Below are positions 11,751-22,719 of a stretch of DNA of 64,000 nt, in pieces; within the stretch, counting starts at the first letter, position 1, and every line of letters begins with the position of its first letter. The notes beneath the pieces were generated by a model, which did no database searches, was not told the origin of the DNA, and saw nothing but the letters and a program-made list of their open reading frames with translations. The position numbers and the translations under genes were made by a program. The DNA lies in assembly GCF_038025025.1 (NCBI RefSeq), contig NW_027117341.1, forward strand, positions 2,418,001 to 2,482,000, read 5' to 3'. Source of the DNA: Phyllosticta citribraziliensis (taxonomy: Eukaryota).

Positions 11751-14075
11751 GGTCTCGCAGGACGATGGGATGGTGCGCTGTTGGGGATCGAAACGTCGAC
11801 GGCCAAAGGCGTAACCGCACTACTGCAGCGATCCTCGCGCCACCAACACCACACCGGGCCACCCTCGTCGATTCTCCCGTCTCCCTTGCCATGACGGCTG
11901 CCGTCCTACAACACCGCAGCCGATGCCGAAGCTGAGGCCGCCATCCACGACCTGCGCCTCAGAGCCTACCAGTACCTGCAGCTGCACGCGCGTGCGCCGT
12001 TGCGCGAGTCGTACTTCCAGAGCAAACGCACGGGCAAAGACGCTGGGAGTGCCGGCTGTGGTACCGCCGCAGCGACTGCAATTCCTTGAGAGATACGGAG
12101 GAGCTTGAGTCGACGGTTGCGGACACGTCTGTGAGGGCCTCCAACCCAGGGCTGCTCGATGTCTGTACTAACGCTCTGCCGCAGGTGCCACATCGTTCTT
12201 GTTCATCCTCGTCATCCTCCTCCTCCTGGCTCCTCCTTCTCCTCCTCCTCTTCCGCGACGTCTCGCTCCCGCGCCGTTTTTCAAGTCCACACATGCCTAG
12301 GCCTAGGACCGTCGCACCCGTCCATCCCCTGGCCATCCGCGAAGCAGCTCGTCGCATCATTGGTCTCAAGCGCCAGTAAACGCGCATTAAGTTTTTGGCT
12401 ATTGCTCGATGCCCATGAATGGCGAATGCAGGCGGAGGAGATGATAGGAAAGGGACTGAGGGTTGAGGATGGACACGGTGGTGAGACAAAGACGTTCTGC
12501 TGTTGCGCCAGAAAGCTGAAACCATTCGTCCAGAAGCGCCACCTCGCCCGGCCACCACGCGGGGCGACAAGAATGCAACCAGGCTCTGAGTCTGCGCAGT
12601 CTAATTCTCCCGCTCGTCAACATGGAAGCAAATGTCGAGGGTGGCTGCTACACAGACGCGCCCAGCTCCCCATTCATTTCTCTCGTCGACCAGGAAAACG
12701 TACCGCCTGAGTCAAGGGAGACTTTTCCGGACACTTTGGTGGAAAAGGAGCCAACCCTCGACGTGCAGGCTGCGCAGGCCTCGTACACAGCTACCCTCCC
12801 GCGCCGTCAACCTATATACCCGACGAGGTTGGCGCCCCGAAACTGCTGCGCCAGAGCACGAGTCGAACTGCCACCCAGAGCAGGAAAAGAAAAACGAAAG
12901 AAACAAACGCCACGACACCCACCTCGCATCTCTCCAACGTCGACCCACGCCACTCGGTCGCGCTGCCCGCGCTCGCGCAACATTTCCAATACCGCACGTC
13001 GTGACGGACCGATGGAGTCTTTTCATTCATGATGGGTGCGCGCTGGGTGCCTGCTTGACACAGGGTCTTTGTTGGGGAGCGTTTTCGGCGGCAAGGAGAG
13101 AGGGTAGGTCGGTGGGCACTTGTTTCTCTAAATCAAGTCGCAGTGTACTCGTCTTCGTCATGTCTGTCCGATTGTGAAAAGGCCTCGTCGGGAGAGAAGT
13201 CAGATGCGGGTGGGAGCCTGTTCAGACACAACCTGAATAAGTCGCGCGGGACAGGCATCTCGACCTACAGCCTGTCACCTCCACCCTTCCTTTCCGATTC
13301 AACGTCAACAACAACATACTGCACTGCTGCCCGCTGGCGGCGCTGCGCAAGATGGCCGACGCCGTGCTGCTTGAGGAGGCGGAGAAGATGTGGTTAGCTT
13401 TTGACGGACGCGTCGGATGGAATTCGCCGCCCATATCAGAAGGTTTTGGTCCTTGAAAAGAAAACATTTTCCCTTTCCTTACTGATCGACATGCGCGCAG
13501 CTCGATGAATGGTGAAGCGCTTCACTCTGATTCCCGCCGGTCCCACCACCACCAATCAATCATGTACCGTCCATGCCGCCCCCTGCTTGCAGCATTTCGA
13601 AACAAACCGCCGCGGCGTATTGCCGCGCAAGCCATTCGCCGTATCACCAAACACGCCGATGGTTGGTACAACCCCCGACCGCCCCAATCCCTGCCGCATC
13701 TCAACACCTGTACTCGCCCGGCTACGCGCTCCACAGACCAACCATCCCCTATCTAATATCTCACCCAACGCTCTCCGTCTCTGTTGCTACCCGTCAATTG
13801 ATCTCCGGAATTTCCTCTCCCAGCCGTCATAATGTCCTTGGTCACTCCTTTCAGCTACACACCGGCGTGGCTCGCAATGCGGACACGACGCTCGGGTCGT
13901 GCCATTGGTCGTATAAAGGAATGATGGGTCGGTCATCTTCGCCCGCCCCAAAAAGCACATCTCACGTCTGCCACCTCCATCACGCAGGTACGGTACAACC
14001 AAGACGCTCTCGTCAATACCAACTGACCACCCGCTGTAGACATCCCCACCTGACGCGTCTCCAAACAAAGCAACC

Positions 14076-14498
14076 ATGCAGTCCTGCATCCACCAGCTCT
14101 ACGAGTGGGGGAGGATCCTCGCCATCAGAACGGACCCGAAGACGTATCACTCACCGTTTTGGCCATGGTTTCGAAGGGACCCAACTCCTGAAATCATGCG
14201 CCAAATCCTTGAGCAACAATCACCGACCAAGCATGAGGAGGATCAAGAACAAGTCCCCATGCTGCCTCCTCCTCCTTCGCTCGCTATTACGCGCCTGCCC
14301 ACGCCGGAACCGCCCCTGTTTCCTTCCGTGCTTTTCAATCAAATCGAGCATACCGCAAGCGGCCCTGACGCTGGGCGCGCCCCAGCTGTCGAGCACGACA
14401 ATATGACAGGAGCGGGGCGAAACAACAACGATAAAGACGTGGAGGAGGAGGAGGAGAAGGAGGAGGAGGAGAAGGAGGAGAAGGAGGAGGAGTTGTAA
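14076..14498 (+). CDS. Hypothetical protein, Trp/Pro-rich with acidic tail (possibly the last exon of a gene starting ~13562)
   Basis: 140-aa ATG ORF with GC-rich third positions, ending in E/K low complexity. No recognised domain. Confidence 0.4.
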   Translation: MQSCIHQLYEWGRILAIRTDPKTYHSPFWPWFRRDPTPEIMRQILEQQSPTKHEEDQEQVPMLPPPPSLAITRLPTPEPPLFPSVLFNQIEHTASGPDAGRAPAVEHDNMTGAGRNNNDKDVEEEEEKEEEEKEEKEEEL

Positions 14499-14500
14499 TA

Positions 14501-14573
14501 AACCGCGACTGGCCCGCCGTCCGCATCCTCCCTCGCCGAACACCAAGACAGCTACCAAATACAGTGGAAGCGG
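14501..14573 (+). pseudogene. Chromodomain gene fragment (copy 3)
   Basis: Reads NRDWPAVRIL-[4-bp duplication cctc]-AEHQDSYQIQWKR, closely matching DREWPAVRILAQQDDHYQIQWEG at 3306-3373 and REWPVVRILDEHDDEYLLQWEG at 22804-22869. It is truncated. Confidence 0.85.
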
Positions 14574-14625
14574 CATTTTCTCGCCATTCATTACAATCTG
14601 TATGCCCGTAGTATCCGTTGCATCT

Positions 14626-15397
14626 CTACAGTTCTTCTTCTTCCCCCTTGGACTCCACGTGTTCCATCAACATTGTCAACATCTCGCCAAACTCAAAGAC
14701 ATCCCGGATGACGGCACGCCTCTGGATGTTGATGACAGCATGAACGACATGGTCCTGGGTGTGACCTGGTGTTGGAATATTGCATGCAGCAGCACACATG
14801 GTTTCCAGCTGGTTGATGATGGCGGCCGACATGTCCCGCGGGTTCTGAAACGAACCCGGACCCCAGTCGAAACGAGGCAGCTGAGTGGTAATTTGAATTC
14901 CATCACCCTCTCTGCATCTTTTCATGTCGCTCTGAAGAGGCTCGGAAAGCTTGTGAGCTGGAGAGGTGCCGGAACAGGACGCCCGCGCGGCGTCGTCCTT
15001 CCCAGTGCTTTTGCTTTTCTTGCTCGTGGTCTCGCCCCGCGGCCGCAACGTCGACCAAGGACGCACGAAAAGCTCGTCCTGCTCAGATTCATTCCCGGAA
15101 AATGCATACATGTCGCCCTCTGACGCATGCACTTCCGCGTTGGTGTCCACAACGATGTTCGTCTCGCGCGCGTCCTGGTGTATTGCTCAAAAAGTCAGCG
15201 CCATTACAAAGACTTGAAGAACCAGGGAAGAAATGGGATCGATCAAGCTGACTTACAGCTGGCTTCAGCTTTGCCGCGCGCCTTACGGTCGGAACGATAG
15301 AGTCGGATCCCTGATAGTGGTAGCGGCATCGACCGGCAACTTTGGCCCGCTTCTTGCATTGTGCGCCTACTCGCGTCGTCCCCTCGCACTGAACCAT
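14626..15397 (-). CDS. CCCH-type zinc finger + 'IIxQLExM' domain protein (~229 aa), copy 2, intact
   Basis: Exon 1 (15397-15257) reads MVQCEGTTRVGAQCKKRAKVAGRCRYH (C-x9-C-x9-C-x2-H). Phase-0 intron 15256-15175 (GTAAGT..GCTGAC..CCAG). Exon 2 (15174-14626) ends SAAIINQLETMCAA...IQRRAVIRDVFEFGEML...EEEEL. Confidence 0.85.
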
Positions 15398-15441
15398 GGC
15401 GCCTGAAGCTGGTTTGCTGTGGGTTGAGGGAGGGAGGGAGG

Positions 15442-15447
<6 letters not shown>

Positions 15448-15476
<29 letters not shown>
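15448..15476. repeat. (GA)n microsatellite
   Basis: Perfect GA/AG run. Confidence 0.9.
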
Positions 15477-15479
<3 letters not shown>

Positions 15480-16154
15480 GGTGGATAGGGGAGTCTCTAT
15501 CCTCAGGGTGAGTATTTGGACACATGGAGGCGCCCGACGCTCATCATTACGCAATGATTCAGAAAGTCTTCCCTGGGACTGTAGGGGCCCTTCTTTTGGC
15601 GCATTGCCAGACATCTTGACTGCGACAATTACTTCCCCACGGACCACCGCCACACACCGGCCACATTTCGCAGTAGGATGCAGGCCTACGAAGACGACCA
15701 AGCGCCCCACGCGAACCTCCCGGCGGCCGACGGGATCAGCCGGCTGATAATGACGATCCATAGACAGGAAGCGGTCAGGTTTTGCACGCTTAGTGGTGCC
15801 CAGAAGCAGTGGTGTCAGGTGAGTGCATCACAGACGGTCGGTCGCGAAAGGTCGAGAATCATCAAAAACAGTGAAAGTGATGCAGCGAGACGACGCCAGC
15901 GGCGAAGGGATACCTACGGCGAGCAGGAGCCGACTCAGAGACGTCGGTTTGCTCAAGAAGAGCGGAAAAAAAATCGCGGGAGAGCTCAGTTATTGTCTTG
16001 TCTAGCTGAGCGCGCGCGAAGACGCGCCTAACTACTGAACCACTGAACCACCCACTGAACCACGCCAATCACCACTGCGTCACCGCACAGGCCTCCCTAA
16101 CCTCCATCTCTCAACAAACTTGTTGGGCCGACAACAGCGAGCTGCTTGGTGTTG

Positions 16155-16736
16155 TTACACACGACACCGAACACAAGGACACCAACACGCGGCGCAGTAG
16201 ACGCTGGCGGCGGGCGGCGAGTCGGAGGTAGAGTTGGAGCTGGCCCACCACCACCACCACAGGGCAAACAGCACAGCGACTATGAGCGCTAGGCGCGGCT
16301 GCCGGCGGCACCGGCGTGTCGCTTCGACGGCGGCGACGCAGCACCACATGCCGGCTTGGTGCAGCCAGGCCGTGGCCGTGGCTGTGGCCGTGGCCGTGGC
16401 GCGAGCGAGCTCTGTGCCAATGCCCGGGTGCGGTTCTTGTTCCGGGGTCCGCTGTGGCCTCCGCTGTGGCTGTCGCGATTCCACCGGCGGCGGCGAGCAG
16501 TCGTGCTTGCGGCGGTAGTTTGCGACGGAAAACTGGCGGATGGCGGGCGTGACGGCGTTGGCGGAGACGCGGCGGGAGCGGCAGGGCGTGCCGTTGGCGT
16601 CGACGCCGGGCGTGTACCAGTAGATGCGATGGCGGTGGTCGTCTTTGGTGGTGCTGGCGGTGTCGTCGTCATGGGTCGTGTTGATGGGGCCGAGTGATGG
16701 CTGAGGTGATGGCGAAGGTGGAGATGAAGACGGCAT
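16155..16736 (-). CDS. Single-pass membrane orphan (~193 aa) with possible degenerate chromo-like segment
   Basis: Open frame from ATG 16736. Basic RRCRRQPR precedes the hydrophobic LALIVAVLFALWWWWWA, followed by a Cys-rich tail (CAACWCPCVRC). Confidence 0.5.
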   Translation of the reverse strand: MPSSSPPSPSPQPSLGPINTTHDDDTASTTKDDHRHRIYWYTPGVDANGTPCRSRRVSANAVTPAIRQFSVANYRRKHDCSPPPVESRQPQRRPQRTPEQEPHPGIGTELARATATATATATAWLHQAGMWCCVAAVEATRRCRRQPRLALIVAVLFALWWWWWASSNSTSDSPPAASVYCAACWCPCVRCRV

Positions 16737-17570
16737 CTTGGATTCGCCGTATCCGTTGCGTTGGTTGACTTGAAGAAGAAGGAGAAGAAGAAGAAGACGG
16801 ACGGGCATGGCTTCGAGTATTTGTACAAGACGTGCTGGACCTGAAGTGACTGGCTGGCTGACTGACTGGCTTCCATTCCGTTGTCGCAGCTGTCGGTCGG
16901 TCCACTTGATTCCATTGGAAGAAGCGAAGAGAAGAAGAATATCAAAGGGAAAAATAGAGTTTTACTTCTCCGTCGCAACTCTCTGTCCTTGTCCGAATAC
17001 CTAGAGGAGTAGATTGAGTAGCGGGTCAAGTAGACGTGTTTTCTGCTGGTATCTGCATCAGTGTTGGTCCACGGCCAGACTGTACGGTACTCATATCAAC
17101 AATCTTGACGTCATACCTGCCCGCTGGCCTCTTCATCCGCCATGGCCGTCAATCGAGCCACAGCAAACACCACAGCAGCGGCAGCGACGGCAGCGACGGC
17201 GAGGATGGGCCAGGATCTGATGTCTCGCCACCGTGGCCTGCGTGGTCCGAGTGGCCGTCAGCCAGAGGGTGCCGCCGCGGCTGCAACGGCCAGACGCCAT
17301 GTTCAGCGCGCCGCTGGCGACGGGCGAAGCGCGGGAGTTGTGGAGCACGCTGCAGGCATTCGACGACGTTGACGACGACGTCGAGGACCTGAGCCAGGCG
17401 TTGTTGGCAGCAGAAGAGCGAATGGAACTGCAAGGCAAACAAAGGAAGCAAGACTCAAAGACATCCATGATTGTATTCCTCGAAGCGCCTAGGTGGAGCT
17501 CGGTACATGCGTTTATCTAGGTAGTGGACTGAATGTTCTTTTTCTTTCTTGCAAACAAGTCGCCGTCTGC

Positions 17571-17957
17571 TCAAAAAAGACAAACGCGCAGTGGAAGAGT
17601 AGAGAAGAAGGAAAGCAACAATGCGAGAATGAGGACAACAAGGACGGCCAGGAGCAACGCGTGGACGCTCACTTTGACCTGCCTAGGCGAGCACTTGACG
17701 TCCTGGAGGTGGTTGAGGCCCGCGTCGGTGGTCCTTCTGGCCTTGGTGCGATGCGCAGAGGATGCCTTTTCGGCCCGGAGCGAAAGAGCGTCGTTGTTTG
17801 CACCCGGATGGTCGTAGCTTGCGACATTGGCGGCGGGAGAGATACGGAGCTGCGGCTCGTAGCTGGTCTGACTCTGCGCATCGCCCGTGTCTAGACTGGT
17901 AGTGCCGTCGGCGGCGCCTCGTTTGTCCGCATCGACGTGAAGCTCGGTCTTGGACAT
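17571..17957 (-). CDS. Putative tail-anchored membrane protein (128 aa)
   Basis: ATG ORF with a hydrophilic N-terminus and one C-terminal hydrophobic stretch, VSVHALLLAVLVVLILALLLSFF. Confidence 0.55.
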   Translation of the reverse strand: MSKTELHVDADKRGAADGTTSLDTGDAQSQTSYEPQLRISPAANVASYDHPGANNDALSLRAEKASSAHRTKARRTTDAGLNHLQDVKCSPRQVKVSVHALLLAVLVVLILALLLSFFSTLPLRVCLF

Positions 17958-18437
17958 GTTGGCGGATGTAGGGAGGAGGGAGGACTGACTGGCGGAACAC
18001 TTTTTGATTCCAAAGAACCAAGCATGGAATGGGGCAGCAGCATTTCAACACGCCAAAAAAAAAAAAAAAAAAAAAAGAATCTCTCTGTACTGGCTTCCAT
18101 TTCAATCTCCTTGGATTCTTGTGGTGGTGTTGGAATATTGGCCGATGGAGGTCCGCCGGCTGAGTCATCCATCCTCGCAATTCGCCGACCCGCCGGCCCG
18201 ACCCGCCCTCATCTCGTTTCTACCCGGGCACATCTTCCATCGCCATGCATCCATCGACTCCAGCGACTCCATCGTCTTTGTGCCGCCTCCATACTCGACC
18301 GACCGCGCAGACCCTAGCCGTCCACCCGCCATGCCATGCTGCACAGCACACCTCCTTGATTGACCATGGTCTCGCACCAACATCCAGACAACGTCCGCCG
18401 ATGTTATGCCTTCCGTCCTCCTCGCAACGACCGGCAC

Positions 18438-19064
18438 TCACTCCTTCACACGCATCAAGACACGGCGGCGATATCGGGACAGGCTCTGGCTCGGGCTGGG
18501 ACTAGGACTGGGTGCTCGGTAGACGTGCCTGCGTGCCGCCGTCGCTGTCACCAGCAGCCCTTCTTCCCAGGAGTGAGGCGGTTGCTCCGGGTCAGAGCCA
18601 GCAGTAAGGGCGGCAGCTCTAGAGAGTCGTCCGCGGCAGTCCCAAAGACGTCGTCGTACATTGCGGTTGGAGGGCTCATCCACATCCAGGTCAGATAGCG
18701 TCCGCTTGCGGCGCGGTTTCGGCGCCAAAGGAGGCAGAGGAGTCGTTGGATCTACTCGTGTTTGATTGATGGGTGTGGTGGGGGCGGCCGGGGCCGGTCG
18801 ACCGTGATGCTCTCCTCTTTTGCCGTCGACCCTGTCGGTTTGGAGCGCTTCTTTGCAGCGTTCTCGTGGTGATGTTGGCTGCCCGGTGGGATGCTCGTCC
18901 TCTCCAGCTTGGCGGATCGAGTCTTTGTTTTCATGGATTTGACGAGGAGAAGGAGGACCAGCTTCGAACGCATCCGATGCTTCTGGCGACAGTGGAGTAT
19001 TTTGACGAGAAGGACGGATTCCGAGCGCGCCCGCCGATACTTCTGGTGGCACTGGAGCGGCCAT
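18438..19064 (-). CDS. Disordered basic protein, 'RRKRTLSDLD' family, copy 1 (208 aa)
   Basis: LPPLAPKPRRKRTLSDLDVD..RNVRRRLW..TAGS..EEGLLVT..ARR..RA.S.SPSPS..RVKE is collinear with ORF 24305-24892. Confidence 0.75.
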   Translation of the reverse strand: MAAPVPPEVSAGALGIRPSRQNTPLSPEASDAFEAGPPSPRQIHENKDSIRQAGEDEHPTGQPTSPRERCKEALQTDRVDGKRGEHHGRPAPAAPTTPINQTRVDPTTPLPPLAPKPRRKRTLSDLDVDEPSNRNVRRRLWDCRGRLSRAAALTAGSDPEQPPHSWEEGLLVTATAARRHVYRAPSPSPSPSQSLSRYRRRVLMRVKE

Positions 19065-21317
19065 GACGAGGAACGACGAACGCGTAAAGACAGCCAGAGG
19101 AAGAGGGACGTCAGTTCGTCACTCTCTTCTACGCCGTCGGTCGGTGTAGGTCGTCGTCTCCCCCTGACGAACAATCAATCTCAGCTCCCGAAACCCAAGA
19201 CATGTTCCGCCGCTTTGCCGCTCCCAATGTCAACGCTAACGCCGACGACCTGGCCCGGACGAACAAACGACCGGAAGTGATGTAAAAAGTGGTCCGGACT
19301 GGATGCTGAAAGGGTGCGCCGCCTGGCCACGGCGGCCGCTCGTGCTAAGCCGTGGCTGGCGTCTGGTAAGGACTGGAGGCTGGCTGGCTGCAGGATGCCG
19401 TCCGCTTTGACCCAATGGATAACGGAAGCCAGAAATGACGGACGGGAGGCGGACGCGACGAGACGCGCCAGACGCGGAGGGACCTGACGCTTGGCCAGTC
19501 TTCTCGCCCAGTCTGCTTCTCGTTCATCTCCTTGTGACGCGGCGGGCGGGTATTGATCGACAGGACCGACGGTGGCATGGGTTTGCGGGCTGGGTTGCGA
19601 CTGAGAGCGGTGTGGTGAAAAGAGCGCCGGTCATGGTGTGGGTAGCGGGTGTCGTTCTGCATCGTATCTCCACGGACGTCTTCCGGCGCGAGCAAAGAAT
19701 GCATCATCAACCCTTGGCTTTCCTCTCCTTCTTCGTCTCCCACGTCTCCTTCTCTCGCTCCTCTCTTGCTGGACGGCGACGAGAACAAACAATCCTCCTC
19801 CTCTTCCTTCTCCCTCATCGTCATACCCTTCTCGTTGGCTACAGATGCGCACTCTCGCCATGTCATCCCGGAGCCTTACACCCACGGACAGACTCACTTT
19901 CATAGCTGTAGCAAACAAGTAAGACCCATTCCCACCCGTGCTGCTTCTTGCTAATGACATGGGCTACTTAGGACTTGTCCCGGTCCTATTAAACACTCTT
20001 CCTCTTCTTCTACGGCTCCTGTACAAATGCTCCTCATCCTGGCCCCACGTCCCCATTCTGTCCAGCATCACCTGACAGTCCGCTCTTCAACAATACCCCT
20101 CGCCCTCACCAGGCACCCCTATCCCGTTTACCAGCCACCCATCCAATCCATTTGCAAGCCTCTTCTTTCGACCCTTTGCCAATCGGTTGGCCACATAAAA
20201 TCCACGGATTCGCATTCGTATCCATGGGCTCTGTTTGGCGTGCCGCTCGGCTTGAACCATCCTGGTCGACTCCCGGCGCGCCTAATGAAACCGAGTACAA
20301 GCTTGTCTCCGGACGGTATAACGAAGCCACCATCGTCTCCAAGCATTGTGGCATGACGACTGAGCTGTAAACCAAGGCCGGGGAGAAGCTGGCAAGTGGC
20401 TATCAGTCCACAGGCTGGTTGCTTCTCCTTAGTTCTTGAACAAAAGGAAGAAGAGGCCGCACACCTACACCTGCACCATTCCTCTCGCCGCCCGTGTCAA
20501 CCCGATCCTCAGGCAATTCCAAATCCAGTGCGACGCTCTGCCAGATCCTCGTCATCCACCTTGCACCTAATTCAGTACCGTCTGACGTCTTTCGGAGGCC
20601 GCTCGCTGCCGCTGCCGCTGCCGCTGCCGGCTGGCCTTTGCGACGCAGATGCACCCTCGCTCGCTTGTCTGCCTTGTTGTCTCTGCCACTGCCTTCCTTG
20701 TCTTTCACCCATCACGTCCGCGGCTTGTACCCCGTATCTATCACAGGCTCCAGCCCCGTCCTCAGTGCAGCGTCGTGGGACGGCGTGGGTGAGCAGCCAC
20801 GGACGAGAGAAGCACGTGCCGGGATGTCTGCTTGAGCTCTGCTTCTAGGTAGTTGTATGAAGGTGCGCCTGCTGTTGGCTGTGAGATGCGTCGGAGAAAC
20901 AGCGAGGCTTGTGTTGTTCTACTTGAGGTGAACTCAAACACGGTATCCGAGGCGTAGTCGACTCGTTAAGGTCAGACATGGCGAGAGGGCGAGTTTTGTT
21001 ATCGTAGGCCTCGAAATTCAAAGCGAGAAGTGCAACGGGGACTTGTGACCATTGCAATGACACAGCCGCCGGAGTAATACACCGGCTCTACAATTTCATC
21101 TTCAAACGGCCCAGAGAATCATGGTAGTAGCACAGCAACTGGCTGTCAGCGCAGTCACGGCTTCAGTTGGACGCACGGCGCTTGGAGCAGTCAAGGGGCA
21201 CTGATAGCGCGGCGTCTGCATGCTGCCGTCTAAAATGTCAATGCAAAAGATTTCCCTGTAATAACCTAACAGAAATTGTCGTCAATGTGCCATGACGGAC
21301 ATGAGAGTGGTGAGTAT

Positions 21318-21590
21318 ATAGGCCCCTAGCAGCGAGCACATAGGTAGGCCCCGGCGGCGAGCATACATGGCCCCGGCGGCAAGCATGGAGGCCGCCGGCG
21401 GCGAGTAAACAGGCCGCCGGCGGCAAGCATGTAGGCCACCGGCGGCGAGCACACAGGCCGCCGGCGCGTGGGCCCCCGGCGGCAAGCATACAGGCCCCTA
21501 GCAAACGCGCCCCTAGTGAGCGCGTAGGCCGTCTGTGAGCACATAGGCCCCCAGCAGGTGAGCAAGCACGTAGGGCCCTAGCGGGCGCTC
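21318..21590. repeat. GC-rich minisatellite, ~21-23 bp unit (consensus ~taggccgccggcggcgagcaca), ~11 degenerate copies
   Basis: Repeated ggcc(g/c)ccggcggc(g/a)agca motifs. Outer copies show cc-tag variants. Confidence 0.85.
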
Positions 21591-21780
21591 TATAAACTTT
21601 ATTAACATCTTCATCCTTAGCCGGCTACTTGTTTGAGGCATCATCCTTAGAAAGTGGCGACGACATTCAAGCCCCCATGTCCTGTCCTCAAACTTGGGAA
21701 AACCCGCCTTCATGATCTCGTATTTTATGTTGCCATCTTAAGTGGTTGAGGACCTGCTCTACAGCGACCTTCATCAACGT

Positions 21781-22401
21781 CTTCATCGTCCTTGGCCGGC
21801 TGCTTTTCGAGGCCTCGTCCTCGGTAAGTGCGGGCGGCATGTTGTGTGCGACTGCGGCGTCTTCATCGTCTCGTCTTCATCCTTGGCCGGCTGCTTTTTT
21901 GAGGCCCCGTCCTCGGAAAGTGCGGGCGGCATGTTGTGCGCGACTGCGGCGGAGATCTTCATCGTCGTCGTCTTCGTCCTTGGCCGGCTGCTTTTCGAGG
22001 CCTCGTCCTCGGTAAGTGCGGGCGGCATGTTGTGTGCGACTGCGGCGTCTTCATCGTCTCGTCTTCATCCTTGGCCGGCTGCTTTTTTGAGGCCCCGTCC
22101 TCGGAAAGTGCGGGCGGCATGTTGTGCGCGACTGCGGCGGAGATCTTCATCGTCGTCGTCTTCGTTCTTGGCCGGCTGCTTTTTTGAGGCCTTGTCCTTG
22201 GAAAGTGCGGGCAGCATGTTGTGCGCGACTGCAGAGGATGATGAATGCTGAGGATGAAGATGGCGAGGTGCCCGTCTTCGTCCTTGGCCGGCTGATTTTT
22301 CAAGGGCTCGTCCTGGAAGTGCGGGCGGCATGTTGTGCGCGACTGCGGCGGAGGATCTTCATTGTTGTCGTCTTCGTCCTTGGCCAGCTGCTTTTTTGAG
22401 G
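21781..22401. repeat. Tandem array of ~91-116 bp units with a 188-bp higher-order duplication
   Basis: Anchor cttggcc(g/a)gctg at ~21790, 21881, 21978, 22069, 22166, 22282 and 22378 (spacings 91, 97, 91, 97, 116, 96). Confidence 0.95.
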
Positions 22402-22719
22402 CGCAAAATGGATTGGCGGGTTGCGAAAACGAGGGATTGCGGCGACATGACTGCAGAGCGGCTGGTAGAGGCGCAAAGAAGCGGGCGAGGGAAGACGAAT
22501 GAATGAATGAAGTCAAGATGGAGGTTGGATGGTGAGGACAGGAGGAGACGGGAGACGGGAGGCGGAGGCGGAGACGGAGGCGGAATGGAGCGGCCCGGGG
22601 GTGTCGCGTCATCACGTGACTGCGCGCGTCTTTCGGGCACCCAGACGACTGGACCTGCGGGAACAAACAACACCCAAACCAACACCCACCCGGACCCATT
22701 GACGACCACCGCTGAGATC

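Noticed and set aside
21318..22401. CRISPR-like appearance of the repeat arrays (also 31257-31522 and 60890-61780)
   Set aside because: Units are contiguous tandem repeats without unique spacers, the context is eukaryotic and there are no cas genes.
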